From Candidatus Kaiserbacteria bacterium (GTDB lineage Bacteria > Patescibacteriota > Minisyncoccia > Phycocordibacterales > UBA2100): a stretch of 64,000 nucleotides of DNA. This document shows, in pieces, positions 25,958-35,950 of the stretch; within the stretch, counting starts at the first letter, position 1; each line of letters begins with the position of its first letter. The translations under genes were made by a program, and so were the position numbers. Under the pieces are notes generated by a model. That model was not told where the DNA came from, searched no databases, and saw only the letters and a program-made list of their open reading frames with translations. The stretch covers positions 65,837 through 129,836 of the forward strand of contig JACRFI010000016.1 in assembly GCA_016217965.1 (NCBI GenBank), written 5' to 3'.

Positions 25958-26347
25958 ATGGAAGCGCGCCGACTTTTATTCGTGCAGTTCACCCTCCTTG
26001 CCGTTATCGCATTCCTATACTTCCTTGGTTTTTGGCTCTACCTTCATTGGGTTTTCTGGTGGTACGATATTCTGCTCCATTTCCTCGGCGGCGTATGGGT
26101 GGCGCTTGCGGCACGCTGGATATTTGCACTTAAAGGAATCGTACCGCCCGGCTCGTGGATACTTGCTCTCGTCATTGTTGTAGGGCTCCTGTGGGAGCTA
26201 TTTGAAGTCGTCGTTGGCATGCCCAGAGAGTCGAATTATCTTTTCGATACGTCACTCGATCTTCTGATGGACGTTCTCGGCAGCATTGCCGCGCTTATGT
26301 TTCTTGGCAGCGCACGCGGCGGCGAAAAAGGCGCCCTGCCCCGTTAG
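25958..26347 (+). CDS. Four-TM membrane protein (D..H...G / WE.FE / DT..DL family)
   Basis: WWYDILLHFLGG, LWELFE, DTSLDLLMD. Confidence 0.8.
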   Translation: MEARRLLFVQFTLLAVIAFLYFLGFWLYLHWVFWWYDILLHFLGGVWVALAARWIFALKGIVPPGSWILALVIVVGLLWELFEVVVGMPRESNYLFDTSLDLLMDVLGSIAALMFLGSARGGEKGALPR

Positions 26348-26435
26348 AAGCTCTTCGTAGCTACGAGTGTCTTTACCTTTCGAACAATGTGTACGAATCG
26401 TGCTGTGGATGCATGAGGCGAAGCTTCTAATGGGG
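26339..26435. mobile_element. MITE-like palindromic element, copy 1
   Basis: Terminal IR ccccgttagaagct / agcttctaatgggg (13/14). Confidence 0.65.
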
Positions 26436-26452
26436 TGATAGAATGACACGTC

Positions 26453-27142
26453 ATGGCGAGTAGCGTTCGTACAATTCATCCGAACCATACGGCAGTTCCC
26501 AAGAATTTTTGCCGCCTTCCGAGTGGATATGGCGTTGTGAAGGTGGGAGTGTCAGGAGCGGCAGAAACAGGGCATTGTGGGCTTGATGCATTTGAAAAAG
26601 CAAAGGAAGTAGGGCGCGAGATAGCAAAACAGGGCGCCATCATCGTAACTGGCGCGACAACGGGTTTTCCGATGTATGCAGCGATGGGGGCAAAGGATGA
26701 ATGCGGTTTTTCAATTGGGTTTTCTCCGGCATCAACGGAACGCGAGCACGTTGAAGTATATAAATTGCCGCTCGAATATATGGATGTTGTTGTCTACACT
26801 GGCTTTGGCTACGCAGGGCGTGATCTTCTCCTGGTTCGTTCCGCGGACGCAATGGTAATTGGGTGCGGGAGAATTGGCACTATCAATGAATTTGCCGTTT
26901 CCTTTGAAGACAGGCGCCCCATCGGCATCCTCGAAGGCTCGTGGCAGACGGATGAAGAGTTGAGGCGCATCATCGATGCAGCGCACCGCCCGAACGACAA
27001 GATATATTTCGATTCCGACCCGAAGGCACTCGTTGAGCGCCTCATCGAACGCGTCATGAAAGACAAGGAGGAACTTAATCTTGTATTCAAGAATTACGAT
27101 GGCTGGAGCGCCACCGGGAAGGGGGCAGAGGTTATCCTCTAG
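26453..27142 (+). CDS. LOG-family (Rossmann-fold) protein
   Basis: AKEVGREIA, TGATTG, GRDLLLVRSADA..GRIGTINE. Confidence 0.85.
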   Translation: MASSVRTIHPNHTAVPKNFCRLPSGYGVVKVGVSGAAETGHCGLDAFEKAKEVGREIAKQGAIIVTGATTGFPMYAAMGAKDECGFSIGFSPASTEREHVEVYKLPLEYMDVVVYTGFGYAGRDLLLVRSADAMVIGCGRIGTINEFAVSFEDRRPIGILEGSWQTDEELRRIIDAAHRPNDKIYFDSDPKALVERLIERVMKDKEELNLVFKNYDGWSATGKGAEVIL

Positions 27143-27248
27143 ACAACTTGTTTTGCCAAGCGGGCAAAAGCTTCTGGATGGTCCTTCGCGAGCGCCGCGA
27201 CCCCAGTACCACAGCACTGCGCGCTGGCTACGGGGCGAGATGTGCCAA

Positions 27249-27599
27249 CTAAGAGACTATCTGCTCAGCCAAACGTTTGAAAGCCTCTGGGTGTGTCATT
27301 GCCAATGTGGACAGAGATTTCCTATCAAGCGCAATGTTCTTTTTCTTGAGTGCGCCGATGAATTTGCTGTATGAAGGAAAACCGCCCTCCCGAAGGGCTG
27401 CGTTAAGGCGAAGTGTCCAAAGCTGCCTAAATTCACGTTTTTTCGTGCGGCGGTGGCGGAACGCATGCACTCCGGCATGCATAATGGCTTCTTTTGCTAC
27501 GCGTTCTTTTGACTTTCTCCCGAAGCGATAGCCTTTTGTCTGCGCAAGGATATTCTTGCGGCGCTTATTCTTCTGTGTACCTCGTTTAACGCGTGCCAT
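27249..27599 (-). CDS. rplT: 50S ribosomal protein L20
   Basis: MARVKRG, KKREFRQLW, LDRK.L. Confidence 0.98.
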   Translation of the reverse strand: MARVKRGTQKNKRRKNILAQTKGYRFGRKSKERVAKEAIMHAGVHAFRHRRTKKREFRQLWTLRLNAALREGGFPSYSKFIGALKKKNIALDRKSLSTLAMTHPEAFKRLAEQIVS

Positions 27600-27616
27600 A
27601 AAATTATGAGAATTTT

Positions 27617-27637
27617 ACCCTGAGCTTGTCGAAGGGT
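27617..27637. repeat. REP-like imperfect palindrome ACCCTGAGCTTGTCGAAGGGT
   Basis: accct...agggt stem between rpmI and rplT. Confidence 0.5.
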
Positions 27638-27639
27638 TG

Positions 27640-27825
27640 TTAATTCAAGTATCTGCTTTTTGCAGTAGCGTCCATCGCTGTGCGCAAACCTGTGGCCCGT
27701 GCGCGGCGCTGTCTCTCTCCGCCGCTTCTCTTTGCATTGAAATGGTTGTGGCCAGGGACTCGAGCGACTATCTTGCCCTTTTTGGTTACTCGCAGTCTCT
27801 TTGAATATGATTTGTTGCCTTTCAT
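27640..27825 (-). CDS. rpmI: 50S ribosomal protein L35
   Basis: KSYSKRLRVTKKGK, HFNAK; infC-rpmI-rplT synteny. Confidence 0.9.
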   Translation of the reverse strand: MKGNKSYSKRLRVTKKGKIVARVPGHNHFNAKRSGGERQRRARATGLRTAMDATAKSRYLN

Positions 27826-28439
27826 ATTGATTCTTCTTGGGACACAGGAACACCAGCTTCCGGCTTCGCAGCCTGAGGCTTTGAAGTGGGCTTTTTCGAA
27901 GGGTCCTTTTCGATGACTATCGAGAGGCCCTTAGGGCTTTTCCGTATCTCGTCGGCTACTTTATACGATTCCGGGATGATTGCAAGGAAGCGTTCCAATC
28001 GTTCCTTGAGGAAATTGAAGTCCATATACTTGTACCTTCCCCATAAAAAGAGGTCTATTTTGACGCGGTGGCCCTCTCGAAGCCACACCCCTATCTTCGA
28101 CGCCTTGATGTTCATGTCGTTCGTCGAGGTTCCTATCTTGACCTGCGCCTCCTTTGTCTCGGACACGCGCACTTTTGACTTCACCTCCTTGTCTTTTTTC
28201 TTCTGCTCGTACTTATGTTTTCCATAGTCTGCGATTTTCGCGACGGGCGGATTCGCGTTCGGAGAGACCTCGATGAGATCAAGCCCGGCCTCGCGAGCTT
28301 TTTTCAAAGCTTCCTCTATAGGAATTACGCCGTAGTTCTCGCCGTTAGGGCCGAGCACGCGCACTTCGCGAGCGCGGATGCCCTCGTTCATGCGCACGCG
28401 CTCTTCCTGCTTTTGTGTCGTGTACTTAGTGAATCCCAT
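27822..28439 (-). CDS. infC: Translation initiation factor IF-3
   Basis: NEGIRAREVR, LDLIEVSPNANPPVAKIADYGK. Confidence 0.97.
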   Translation of the reverse strand: MGFTKYTTQKQEERVRMNEGIRAREVRVLGPNGENYGVIPIEEALKKAREAGLDLIEVSPNANPPVAKIADYGKHKYEQKKKDKEVKSKVRVSETKEAQVKIGTSTNDMNIKASKIGVWLREGHRVKIDLFLWGRYKYMDFNFLKERLERFLAIIPESYKVADEIRKSPKGLSIVIEKDPSKKPTSKPQAAKPEAGVPVSQEESI

Positions 28440-28572
28440 TAGTTGAGGGAGTATACCCCGTGAGATAGGAAGTGTACAGTTGGTTAACGACGTATTGCAT
28501 GCAAAACAGAATTACTTCGAGAGAAGATTTTGGCGCTTTTATCTCATGGGGTATAGCACGAGGGAGCGAATA

Positions 28573-29832
28573 CTACTCTGCGTAGAAGTCGCCACCCTCT
28601 CCTTGTAGAGAGGCTCGCAGGCTGAATGGCCGCAACATTTCAAGAGCCCACAAGAGCCGCTCTTTCATATCCGCCAGGTAAAAAAGCACATCCTGTCTCG
28701 TTTCCGAGGTTCCGAGAGAAGGGAATGATAGGTCGGAAGAAATAAAAGTTTGCGTCGGGTGGTAAGCCCAAGAGGTACTTGCCTGAAGGCTCGATGATGA
28801 TGTCTTCTGCGTTCCACTCATGATGCTGCCTTTATCTTTTCCATCTATGAATATAGGCACACTCGTCGCGATGTCGCTTGCTGAGCCGATTGTCGAAGTG
28901 CCGTACGCAAGCTCGAGCAATTTGTCTGCAATGGAGGAACCTTTTTGTCCGGAAGTCTCGTCATCCAAAAAGTCATCGAAGGATGAACCGGTTCCAACTT
29001 TTGTTTTTGATGTTGTGCCTATCTCTCCGGGCAAGAGGGTAGTGCCCGCCGTATCGTTTGCGGGAACCGATTGGGCTCCTTGGAAATAGTTCAGGGGCTG
29101 CTGGCTCTGTTGGAGTTGCTGTTGCGGCATTTGTTGCTGGGGTTGTTGTTGCGGCTGCTCAAGGCCAAGCGCTTGCCGTAGGGATTGGCCGAGGGATTGG
29201 GGTCCGCCTCCACTACCGCTTGGCACATTTGTAAGTTCTCCCCCTGGACCTCCAGAGCACGCGCCGCATTGACCAAAAATACCACGCATATCCTGAAAAT
29301 GTCCGGGGTCCCACCCGCCAGGCCCTGTTATTGGCCTAAGGCCAAAGTTACGCGAATTTGCATGCATCCATTGCAAGTTTGCCTTCGAGTTAAAGTCAGC
29401 GGCGAGTCCGTATTGATGATACGAGCCACATGGGCCAACTTTTGTACTCCCCCGCGGAAGCCTTGCTTGTGCCTGCGGGCTTCTATATCCGTCGGTGATT
29501 ATCGGTGGACCACCTGGCGCCGCTTCCATGAACGCTTTCAATTTTTTTGCGAATTCTGGCTCGAAACATGCAACCTGAACATTTTTCGCTGCGTGTTTAG
29601 CTAGCCATTGTTTTACCTCGCCGGCGTCTTTGCCAATGTTTGGGTCGCTCGGGTTCCACAGCTGTCCAACTTTTGGGTCCTTGTATCCCGCATAGCGCAT
29701 AAGAGGGATATCCGCCTCTGTCGCAGGAACACCGAGTGGGTTAGCTGCGAAAGCGCTGTATGGCACAGCAATCGCAATTACAAAGAGAGCGGTTACGGAT
29801 GCCACAGCGCCACTGCTTCTCCTCAACTCCAT
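28573..29832 (-). CDS. Secreted M15 (D-Ala-D-Ala / L-Ala-D-Glu type) metallopeptidase, paralog A
   Basis: Signal peptide; GYRS..Q, SYHQYGLAAD, DPGHFQ; Gln-rich linker. Confidence 0.85.
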   Translation of the reverse strand: MELRRSSGAVASVTALFVIAIAVPYSAFAANPLGVPATEADIPLMRYAGYKDPKVGQLWNPSDPNIGKDAGEVKQWLAKHAAKNVQVACFEPEFAKKLKAFMEAAPGGPPIITDGYRSPQAQARLPRGSTKVGPCGSYHQYGLAADFNSKANLQWMHANSRNFGLRPITGPGGWDPGHFQDMRGIFGQCGACSGGPGGELTNVPSGSGGGPQSLGQSLRQALGLEQPQQQPQQQMPQQQLQQSQQPLNYFQGAQSVPANDTAGTTLLPGEIGTTSKTKVGTGSSFDDFLDDETSGQKGSSIADKLLELAYGTSTIGSASDIATSVPIFIDGKDKGSIMSGTQKTSSSSLQASTSWAYHPTQTFISSDLSFPSLGTSETRQDVLFYLADMKERLLWALEMLRPFSLRASLQGEGGDFYAE

Positions 29833-29861
29833 GCGCCTGAATTATAGCAGCGATTCTAGAG

Positions 29862-31130
29862 TCACTCTGAGAATTCATCGGGTTCAACAGATATAGTGCG
29901 CAAGCTGAATGGGCGCAGTATTTCGAGCGCCGCAAGGAGGCGTGCACGCATGTCTCTCAAGAATACAAGAATGTCGTTTTGTGCGACTCCATTTCCTCCG
30001 CGATAACTTAGATCGCCTGAAACGAATGTCTGCGTAGGGTGAAGTGTATCTTTCTCGCCCAGCGAGGACGAAGTTGAAGAAGTGGTCGTTCCGGATTTAC
30101 CGGAACTTTTCAACCCAGCAGAATCTTTTTCCGAAACGAAAATCGGCACGCTTGTAGCGATTTCTGTGGAAGACATGAGGCTTGATGTCCCGTATGCGAG
30201 CGCCATAAGCTGGTCGCCAATTGAAGGTTTTGTATCTTCGAATTGCACTCCCTCGTCGGTACTAAGAGGAGAACTTGATATCGGCACGGAACTTCCAATC
30301 GGCGTTACTGTATTGCCAGGGCTGCCAGATGTTGGCGTTCCTGTAAGCCCAGGTTGTCCCGCTTGTTGAGGTGCTGCTTGCTGCGGTTGAAAGTACTGTG
30401 TTGGTTGTTGTACCGCTTGCGCAGGTTGTGGAGGTATCGCGGGTTGCGCTTGTGGCTGAGGTTGGTCGAGCCCCATCGCTTGACGCAGTGAATCCCCCAA
30501 TCCAGAAGTGGGTGATGTATTCGCGGGAGCGCCGCCGTCCGGCTGTGTTCCGCTGACAGAACCATTTGGTTCTATGTGCCACGGTTCGTGGCCCATTCGG
30601 AATGTGAGTCCGAACGATGCGGCATCGCCTCGAGCACCACCGGGCACATTACATAGATCCGCCGCTAGTCCCTTGTTGTGCATGGATGAACCCGGCGGGG
30701 CCACCCATTTTCGTGCAGCCGACGCGCTTCCATATTTTTGCAATGCTTGGTTCCACAAAACTGTCTGGGTAGCGACGGATCTATATGCGCTAATGATACA
30801 AACACTCGGATATTTTTTTATGAATTTGGATAAGCGGCACGCAAAATCTGAATTGAGTTTTGTTATCCCCGCCTGCCCCTCCTTTGAGCTCTGTGCTCCG
30901 GGTTTGTACTTGGTAAGTAGAAAAGCATACGGGCTTTCCCCACATCCGCCTCGTAGTTGGGACAATTCTTTATCGGTAGTTTTCTCTCCCTTTAATCCCA
31001 ATAGTTGCAGTTCTTGTTTTTCCGCGGCAGTTGGGTCGCGCATGTCCCCAGCAGCGGCAAGTACGAATACGGGCAACGACACGACCGCGATTGCGAGCAT
31101 CGACAGGTGGGCGAAGACATGGGACATCAC
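29862..31130 (-). CDS. Secreted M15B (VanY-like) metallopeptidase, paralog B
   Basis: SAYRS..Q, VAPPGSSMHNKGLAAD, EPWHIE; Gln/Pro-rich linker. Confidence 0.88.
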   Translation of the reverse strand: MMSHVFAHLSMLAIAVVSLPVFVLAAAGDMRDPTAAEKQELQLLGLKGEKTTDKELSQLRGGCGESPYAFLLTKYKPGAQSSKEGQAGITKLNSDFACRLSKFIKKYPSVCIISAYRSVATQTVLWNQALQKYGSASAARKWVAPPGSSMHNKGLAADLCNVPGGARGDAASFGLTFRMGHEPWHIEPNGSVSGTQPDGGAPANTSPTSGLGDSLRQAMGLDQPQPQAQPAIPPQPAQAVQQPTQYFQPQQAAPQQAGQPGLTGTPTSGSPGNTVTPIGSSVPISSSPLSTDEGVQFEDTKPSIGDQLMALAYGTSSLMSSTEIATSVPIFVSEKDSAGLKSSGKSGTTTSSTSSSLGEKDTLHPTQTFVSGDLSYRGGNGVAQNDILVFLRDMRARLLAALEILRPFSLRTISVEPDEFSE

Positions 31131-31180
31131 ATGTGATTATAGCCCTCTTTGTTCTCCGGGTTGGCTTGATTGGGGACAGG

Positions 31181-31954
31181 CTACGGTAAGCTCTCGCACA
31201 CGACTCCATCCTTATCGCTATCGAGCTTATGCACGTCATTTGCGTTTCCGCCACAGCTCTCGAACGCTGCCTGTGCTTCTTTTTGCATGGAAAAGCTTGC
31301 ACAGTTATAGGTGTTTGCGGCGCATTCATACGCGCCACTTTTCGGCGCGGGCGTTACGGTAGATTGCTGCGTGGGGGCGCGAGTAGATTCAAGCGCACAC
31401 GCATCATCTGCCCACAACCCTTTCTTCTCTTGTCGCGCTGCTTTCTCCGCAGCCTTGAATTGCGTTTGGTATTTGTATGGCAGGTTGTAGGTGTACTCGT
31501 GCCCGAATCCTTCAGCAATCATGTATTCATTGAATAGGGTGCCATTCGGCAAGTATACGTAGGCGAGTACGCGGTTGTACTTGTCGAATTTTCCTTGGGA
31601 CGCGTCTGTTTCTATTGTGACATTCTGGCCTGATAATAATTCTTTTGCCATGAGAGATGCTTCGACGCCAAAGCATTGCACGGGTTTTCTCGGGTCCGAG
31701 GTTTCTGGCGTGTCGAGCCCGATAAGCCGCAACGTCGTGTTCTTTCCATTCATCTCGATGGCAAGCGTGTCGCCATCAATGACTTTTAAAACCCGATAAC
31801 GCTGAACTGAATCTTGCTTTGCCGCTAGTACCGTGGAGCTTGCTGCTTCCGACGAATGTGGCGTACTCTGCGGCGCCTCGTGCTCGGGTTTCATCGTAAA
31901 TACAAACGCAGTTAGCACAATCAAAACCGCACCAACGAGCAAGGCGAATCGCAT
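31181..31954 (-). CDS. Thermonuclease (SNase) family protein with Excalibur-like C-terminus
   Basis: VIDGDT, RLIGLDTPE, DKYNRVLAYV, GLW; LDSDKDGVVCE. Confidence 0.93.
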   Translation of the reverse strand: MRFALLVGAVLIVLTAFVFTMKPEHEAPQSTPHSSEAASSTVLAAKQDSVQRYRVLKVIDGDTLAIEMNGKNTTLRLIGLDTPETSDPRKPVQCFGVEASLMAKELLSGQNVTIETDASQGKFDKYNRVLAYVYLPNGTLFNEYMIAEGFGHEYTYNLPYKYQTQFKAAEKAARQEKKGLWADDACALESTRAPTQQSTVTPAPKSGAYECAANTYNCASFSMQKEAQAAFESCGGNANDVHKLDSDKDGVVCESLP

Positions 31955-32000
31955 GCGCTTATTGTAGCGCTACTTCGAAACAGCGCGTATGATGCGAAGC

Positions 32001-32426
32001 ATGATGATCGAAAAGCTCACTAAGGCAACAGAAGAAGCGCTTGGCGATATCAATGTGCTACTTCGGCAATTGTCGGAACGTGTGCCTCTCTGCACTAGTG
32101 AACTACTCAAAAGTATTGTAGAAAATGATTCACTCGAATTGTGGGTTGCGAAGGATGGAGAGAGAATAGTGGGAATGGGTGAACTTGCTATCGTTCGCAA
32201 GCCGGAAGGCATCATTGCTCAAGCCGAGGATATTGTGGTAGACGAAAAACAGCGTGGGCAAGGGATAGGCAAAATGCTCAGCGAGAAATTGATCGAACGA
32301 GCGCGGGCGCAGGGGGCGCGAGTTATCCAGCTTTCCAGCCGGCCTTCTCGGCTTGCTGCAAATGAGCTCTATCAAAAGCTTGGTTTCAAATCGCACGAAA
32401 CAAATTCCTATTACCTAAATTTGTAG
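32001..32426 (+). CDS. GNAT family N-acetyltransferase
   Basis: EDIVVDEKQRGQGIG, SRLAANELYQKLGF. Confidence 0.92.
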   Translation: MMIEKLTKATEEALGDINVLLRQLSERVPLCTSELLKSIVENDSLELWVAKDGERIVGMGELAIVRKPEGIIAQAEDIVVDEKQRGQGIGKMLSEKLIERARAQGARVIQLSSRPSRLAANELYQKLGFKSHETNSYYLNL

Positions 32427-32429
32427 CGC

Positions 32430-33842
32430 ATGCGTTACGTCTCGACACGGGGAAATCCAGGCTCGCGCGCATTCCTCGACATTCTTCTTGAAGGGCTTGC
32501 GCCAGACGGAGGATTATACGTTCCCGAAGAATATCCGAGAATTTCTCAAGGTGAACTGCAGGCGATGCGAGGAATGGGATATTCTGACGTTGCTTTCAAA
32601 ATTCTCTCGAAATTCATTGATGACATTCCTGGGGAAGATCTTAAGAAACTTGTCGATGCGACGTATACGGAAGAAGTTTTTGGCAAGGACATCGTGCCTC
32701 TAAAGGAGTTAGAGCCTGGGTTTTTCATACTTGGGCTTTCGAATGGCCCGACGCTCGCATTTAAAGATATCGCGCTGCAATTCCTCGGCAGGCTTTTCGA
32801 ATACGCGCTCTCTTCTAGTGGGGAGGAACTGAATATTCTTGGTGCGACGTCTGGCGATACCGGCTCTGCCGCAGAGTACGCAATGCGCGGAAGAAAAGGG
32901 GTGCGCGTCTTTATGCTCTCGCCTTATGGGCGCATGAGTGATTTTCAGAGAAAACAGATGTACACGCTCGATGACGCGAATATCTTCAATATCGCAATCA
33001 AAGGCACATTCGATGATTGCCAGGACGCGGTGAAAAAAGTTAATGACGATGCTTCCTTCAAAAAAGAATTCAACCTTGGCGCCGTGAATTCTATAAATTG
33101 GGCGCGCATCGCAGCGCAAGTCGTCTACTACGTGTGGGGGTATTTGAAAGTTTCGAGATCAAACGAAGAACAAGTTTCATTTGCGGTGCCGACGGGGAAT
33201 TTCGGGAACATTCTTGCTGGATATGTTGCAAGAAAAATGGGGGTGCCGATAAAGCAGCTTGTGCTTGCGACGAACGAGAACGATGTTCTCGAAGAGTTTT
33301 TCCGAACGGGCGTGTATCGTCCGAGAAAAGGGAGCGAGGTCGCGGTTACCTCGAGCCCCTCTATGGACATATCGAAAGCTTCGAATTTCGAGCGATACAT
33401 ATTCGATCTCGTGGGGCGTGACGCGGCGCGCATGAGCGAACTGTGGGGAAATCTCACAAATGGCGGCTCATTCAATATTTCACCCCCCGAGATCGAAAAG
33501 ACAAGACAAGATGGATTCGTCGCCGGTTCGAGCACGCATGAAGATAGGCTACGTACCATTAAGAGCGTTTTCGAGCTGTATGGTGTACTTATCGATCCTC
33601 ACACAGCCGACGGACTTCATGTTGGCTTAGAGCATCGGGAGAAAGACATTCCCTTGCTCTGCCTTGAAACGGCGCTCCCTGTTAAATTCGAGGCGACGAT
33701 TCGCGAGGCTGTTGGCAAGAACCCAGAATTGCCGACAGGATACAGGGAACTTGAAGGGAAGAAAGAGCGATTCGAAATACAGGAAGCAGATGCCGAGCGA
33801 ATCAAATCGTTCATACGTGAGCACGTGAATGTGGTATCGTGA
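32430..33842 (+). CDS. thrC: Threonine synthase
   Basis: MRYVSTRG, GPTLAFKD, ATSGDTGSAA, VNSINWARI, VPTGNFGN. Confidence 0.96.
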   Translation: MRYVSTRGNPGSRAFLDILLEGLAPDGGLYVPEEYPRISQGELQAMRGMGYSDVAFKILSKFIDDIPGEDLKKLVDATYTEEVFGKDIVPLKELEPGFFILGLSNGPTLAFKDIALQFLGRLFEYALSSSGEELNILGATSGDTGSAAEYAMRGRKGVRVFMLSPYGRMSDFQRKQMYTLDDANIFNIAIKGTFDDCQDAVKKVNDDASFKKEFNLGAVNSINWARIAAQVVYYVWGYLKVSRSNEEQVSFAVPTGNFGNILAGYVARKMGVPIKQLVLATNENDVLEEFFRTGVYRPRKGSEVAVTSSPSMDISKASNFERYIFDLVGRDAARMSELWGNLTNGGSFNISPPEIEKTRQDGFVAGSSTHEDRLRTIKSVFELYGVLIDPHTADGLHVGLEHREKDIPLLCLETALPVKFEATIREAVGKNPELPTGYRELEGKKERFEIQEADAERIKSFIREHVNVVS

Positions 33843-33846
33843 GCCC

Positions 33847-34530
33847 ATGAGAATGGGTATTTCAATAGTCGCTGTCATCATTCTCTCTTTTATTGCATTC
33901 GGGCTGTGGGCATATATGCGCCCGGAACGGGCAGCACAAGTGCCGGAGCAAAAAGAAAAACAAGAAACGCCACAAATACAGTTAACGGAAAAGACGCTTG
34001 AAGAAGAAAACGACGTGTTCAAAGTTTCGATGCGCTACCCACAGTTCGGGATTCCGGCGATAGACACACAGGTACAAGGCCTCGTCACAGATGCGGCTGC
34101 AGAATTCACATCCGACTCGCCGGATACGTTGGTGACGAGTGCAAAGTACGAATTAATGTCTACGTACGACAAGCTCTATGTAGGTGACGGGATGGCAAGC
34201 ACGCGTCTCGCGATCTCCAGTTACATGGGCGGGGCGCATCCGAATACCGGCATAGTGGGGTTGAACTACGAACTCTCGACCGGCAAGCAGCTTTCTTTAA
34301 ACGATGCGCTGTCGATGATAGGAATGACTCTCGGAGAGGTGGCGTCGAAGGCGGATGCAGAACTGTCGAAGACGCTGAGAGAAGCATATTTCAAGGAAGG
34401 AGCAGAGGCGAAAGTGGAGAATTACGAGACGTTCATCGTAAGTGCGGACGCCGTGACGTTTATCTTCCAGCAGTACCAAGTCGCGCCGTATGCGGCGGGC
34501 GTACAGGAGGTTTCGTTCAAGCGAAAATAG
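33847..34530 (+). CDS. DUF3298/RsiV-like membrane-anchored protein
   Basis: N-terminal TM, YMGGAHPN, FQQYQVAPYAAG. Confidence 0.85.
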   Translation: MRMGISIVAVIILSFIAFGLWAYMRPERAAQVPEQKEKQETPQIQLTEKTLEEENDVFKVSMRYPQFGIPAIDTQVQGLVTDAAAEFTSDSPDTLVTSAKYELMSTYDKLYVGDGMASTRLAISSYMGGAHPNTGIVGLNYELSTGKQLSLNDALSMIGMTLGEVASKADAELSKTLREAYFKEGAEAKVENYETFIVSADAVTFIFQQYQVAPYAAGVQEVSFKRK

Positions 34531-34547
34531 TTGCGAAACTCTCTTTC

Positions 34548-34657
34548 GGTGCAGGTATTTTTGCCGTCGCTGTCTGGCGTTGCTACGCCAGCGCTCGGTC
34601 TCGGCTGTCCGGGGTCGGCAGACGACGCGCCTGCGAAGACGGCAAAATACCTGCACC
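34548..34657. repeat. Large intergenic inverted repeat with inner hairpins
   Basis: ggtgcaggtatttttgccgtc / gacggcaaaatacctgcacc; inner tggcgt-tgct-acgcca. Confidence 0.7.
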
Positions 34658-34736
34658 TCAGCGAGTCTCGTGGTTAATCATATTTTCAGCGGGGCTGTTG
34701 TTGTATTAAGCGAGCCCTGTTGATACAGTGGCAACC

Positions 34737-35945
34737 ATGGCTAAAAAGATGATAAAAGCCCTCACATTCGACACGAAACGAGATGGGTGGGAGAAGAGCA
34801 AGGGGTTCATCATGCGGGAAGTCCCGATGCCTATCCTCGACGAGAAGGAAAATCCCGAAGACGCACTCTCAGTGATCCTCAAGATCCGATACGCAGGTGT
34901 GTGTGGGACGGATAGAGGCATGTGGCATCGCGCCGCGTTCAAGGACCTACTCCACGATTCGCTGCAGCGGGAAGGAAAAACAATGCGCATCAATGGGCAT
35001 GAGTTTGTTGGAGAGGTCGTGGAGATGGGTTCCATGGTGGAACGCCTCTATAACGATCTCGACCCGAAGAATCCCACGAAGATAGAAATCGGTGCGCTCG
35101 TCTCCGGCGATTCACACGTGACATGCGGCCGCTGCTTTCAGTGCCGCATAGGCGAAGGCCATGTATGCATGAATGAAGCGATACTTGGTATTTCGATAGA
35201 CGGCATCTATGCCGAATATGTAAAAGTTCCGGCAAAAAATCTTTGGGCAGTCGATGAAAGCCGCATTCGGCCGGAAATAGCTGCGATCCTCGACCCGTTT
35301 GGAAACGCAGTGCATTCAACAACGGTCGTTGATTATCGCGGCCAACGTGTCGCCATCATGGGCGCGGGGCCAATTGGCATGTTCTCTATTTTGCTCGCGA
35401 AAAGTTTCGGTGCAGCAAAAATAATTGTCGCCGACATCAATCCGGAAAACTTGAAGATGGCCAAAGAGCTCGGTGCGCACGAAACTATTTTGATTGAGAA
35501 AAAAAAGAAAGAGCACGGATGGGAACACGACCCAGAGGTCGTCGATCGCATCACGGAGCTTACGTACGGGAAGGGGGTGGATATTTCGATGGAAATGGCG
35601 GGGCCTGCGTCATCTCTCAATAACTGCATTCTCTCGACCCGCCGGGGTGGCCATGTCATTGCGTTCGGCATAAAAGACGGTGCGATGACAATCCCAAATT
35701 TTTCTCCGAAAGTCATCGTTCGAGGACTGACCATCCATGGCATCATCGGGCGCCGCATTTTCAGCACGTGGCAAATAGCGCAGCGTATGCTTTCCGATAA
35801 AACGAATGGCATACAGGAGAAAATGTGGGACGTTATCCTCAAAAAAGGAAAGGGCACAATTCTCGATTTTACGAAATTCACGCCTGAGAGTTTTGAAAAA
35901 GCGATGGACCAACATCCAAAAGTGATCTTTAAGATCAGCGGCTAA
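34737..35945 (+). CDS. tdh: L-threonine 3-dehydrogenase-like Zn-dependent dehydrogenase
   Basis: GVCGTD, GHEFVG, CGRCFQC...C, DPFGNAVH; adjacent to kbl. Confidence 0.88.
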   Translation: MAKKMIKALTFDTKRDGWEKSKGFIMREVPMPILDEKENPEDALSVILKIRYAGVCGTDRGMWHRAAFKDLLHDSLQREGKTMRINGHEFVGEVVEMGSMVERLYNDLDPKNPTKIEIGALVSGDSHVTCGRCFQCRIGEGHVCMNEAILGISIDGIYAEYVKVPAKNLWAVDESRIRPEIAAILDPFGNAVHSTTVVDYRGQRVAIMGAGPIGMFSILLAKSFGAAKIIVADINPENLKMAKELGAHETILIEKKKKEHGWEHDPEVVDRITELTYGKGVDISMEMAGPASSLNNCILSTRRGGHVIAFGIKDGAMTIPNFSPKVIVRGLTIHGIIGRRIFSTWQIAQRMLSDKTNGIQEKMWDVILKKGKGTILDFTKFTPESFEKAMDQHPKVIFKISG

Positions 35946-35950
35946 AAAAT

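Noticed and set aside
26379-26397. Second SOS-box-like site ttcgaac-aatgt-gtacgaa
   Set aside because: Five-nt spacer and a mismatch; it lies inside the MITE-like element.
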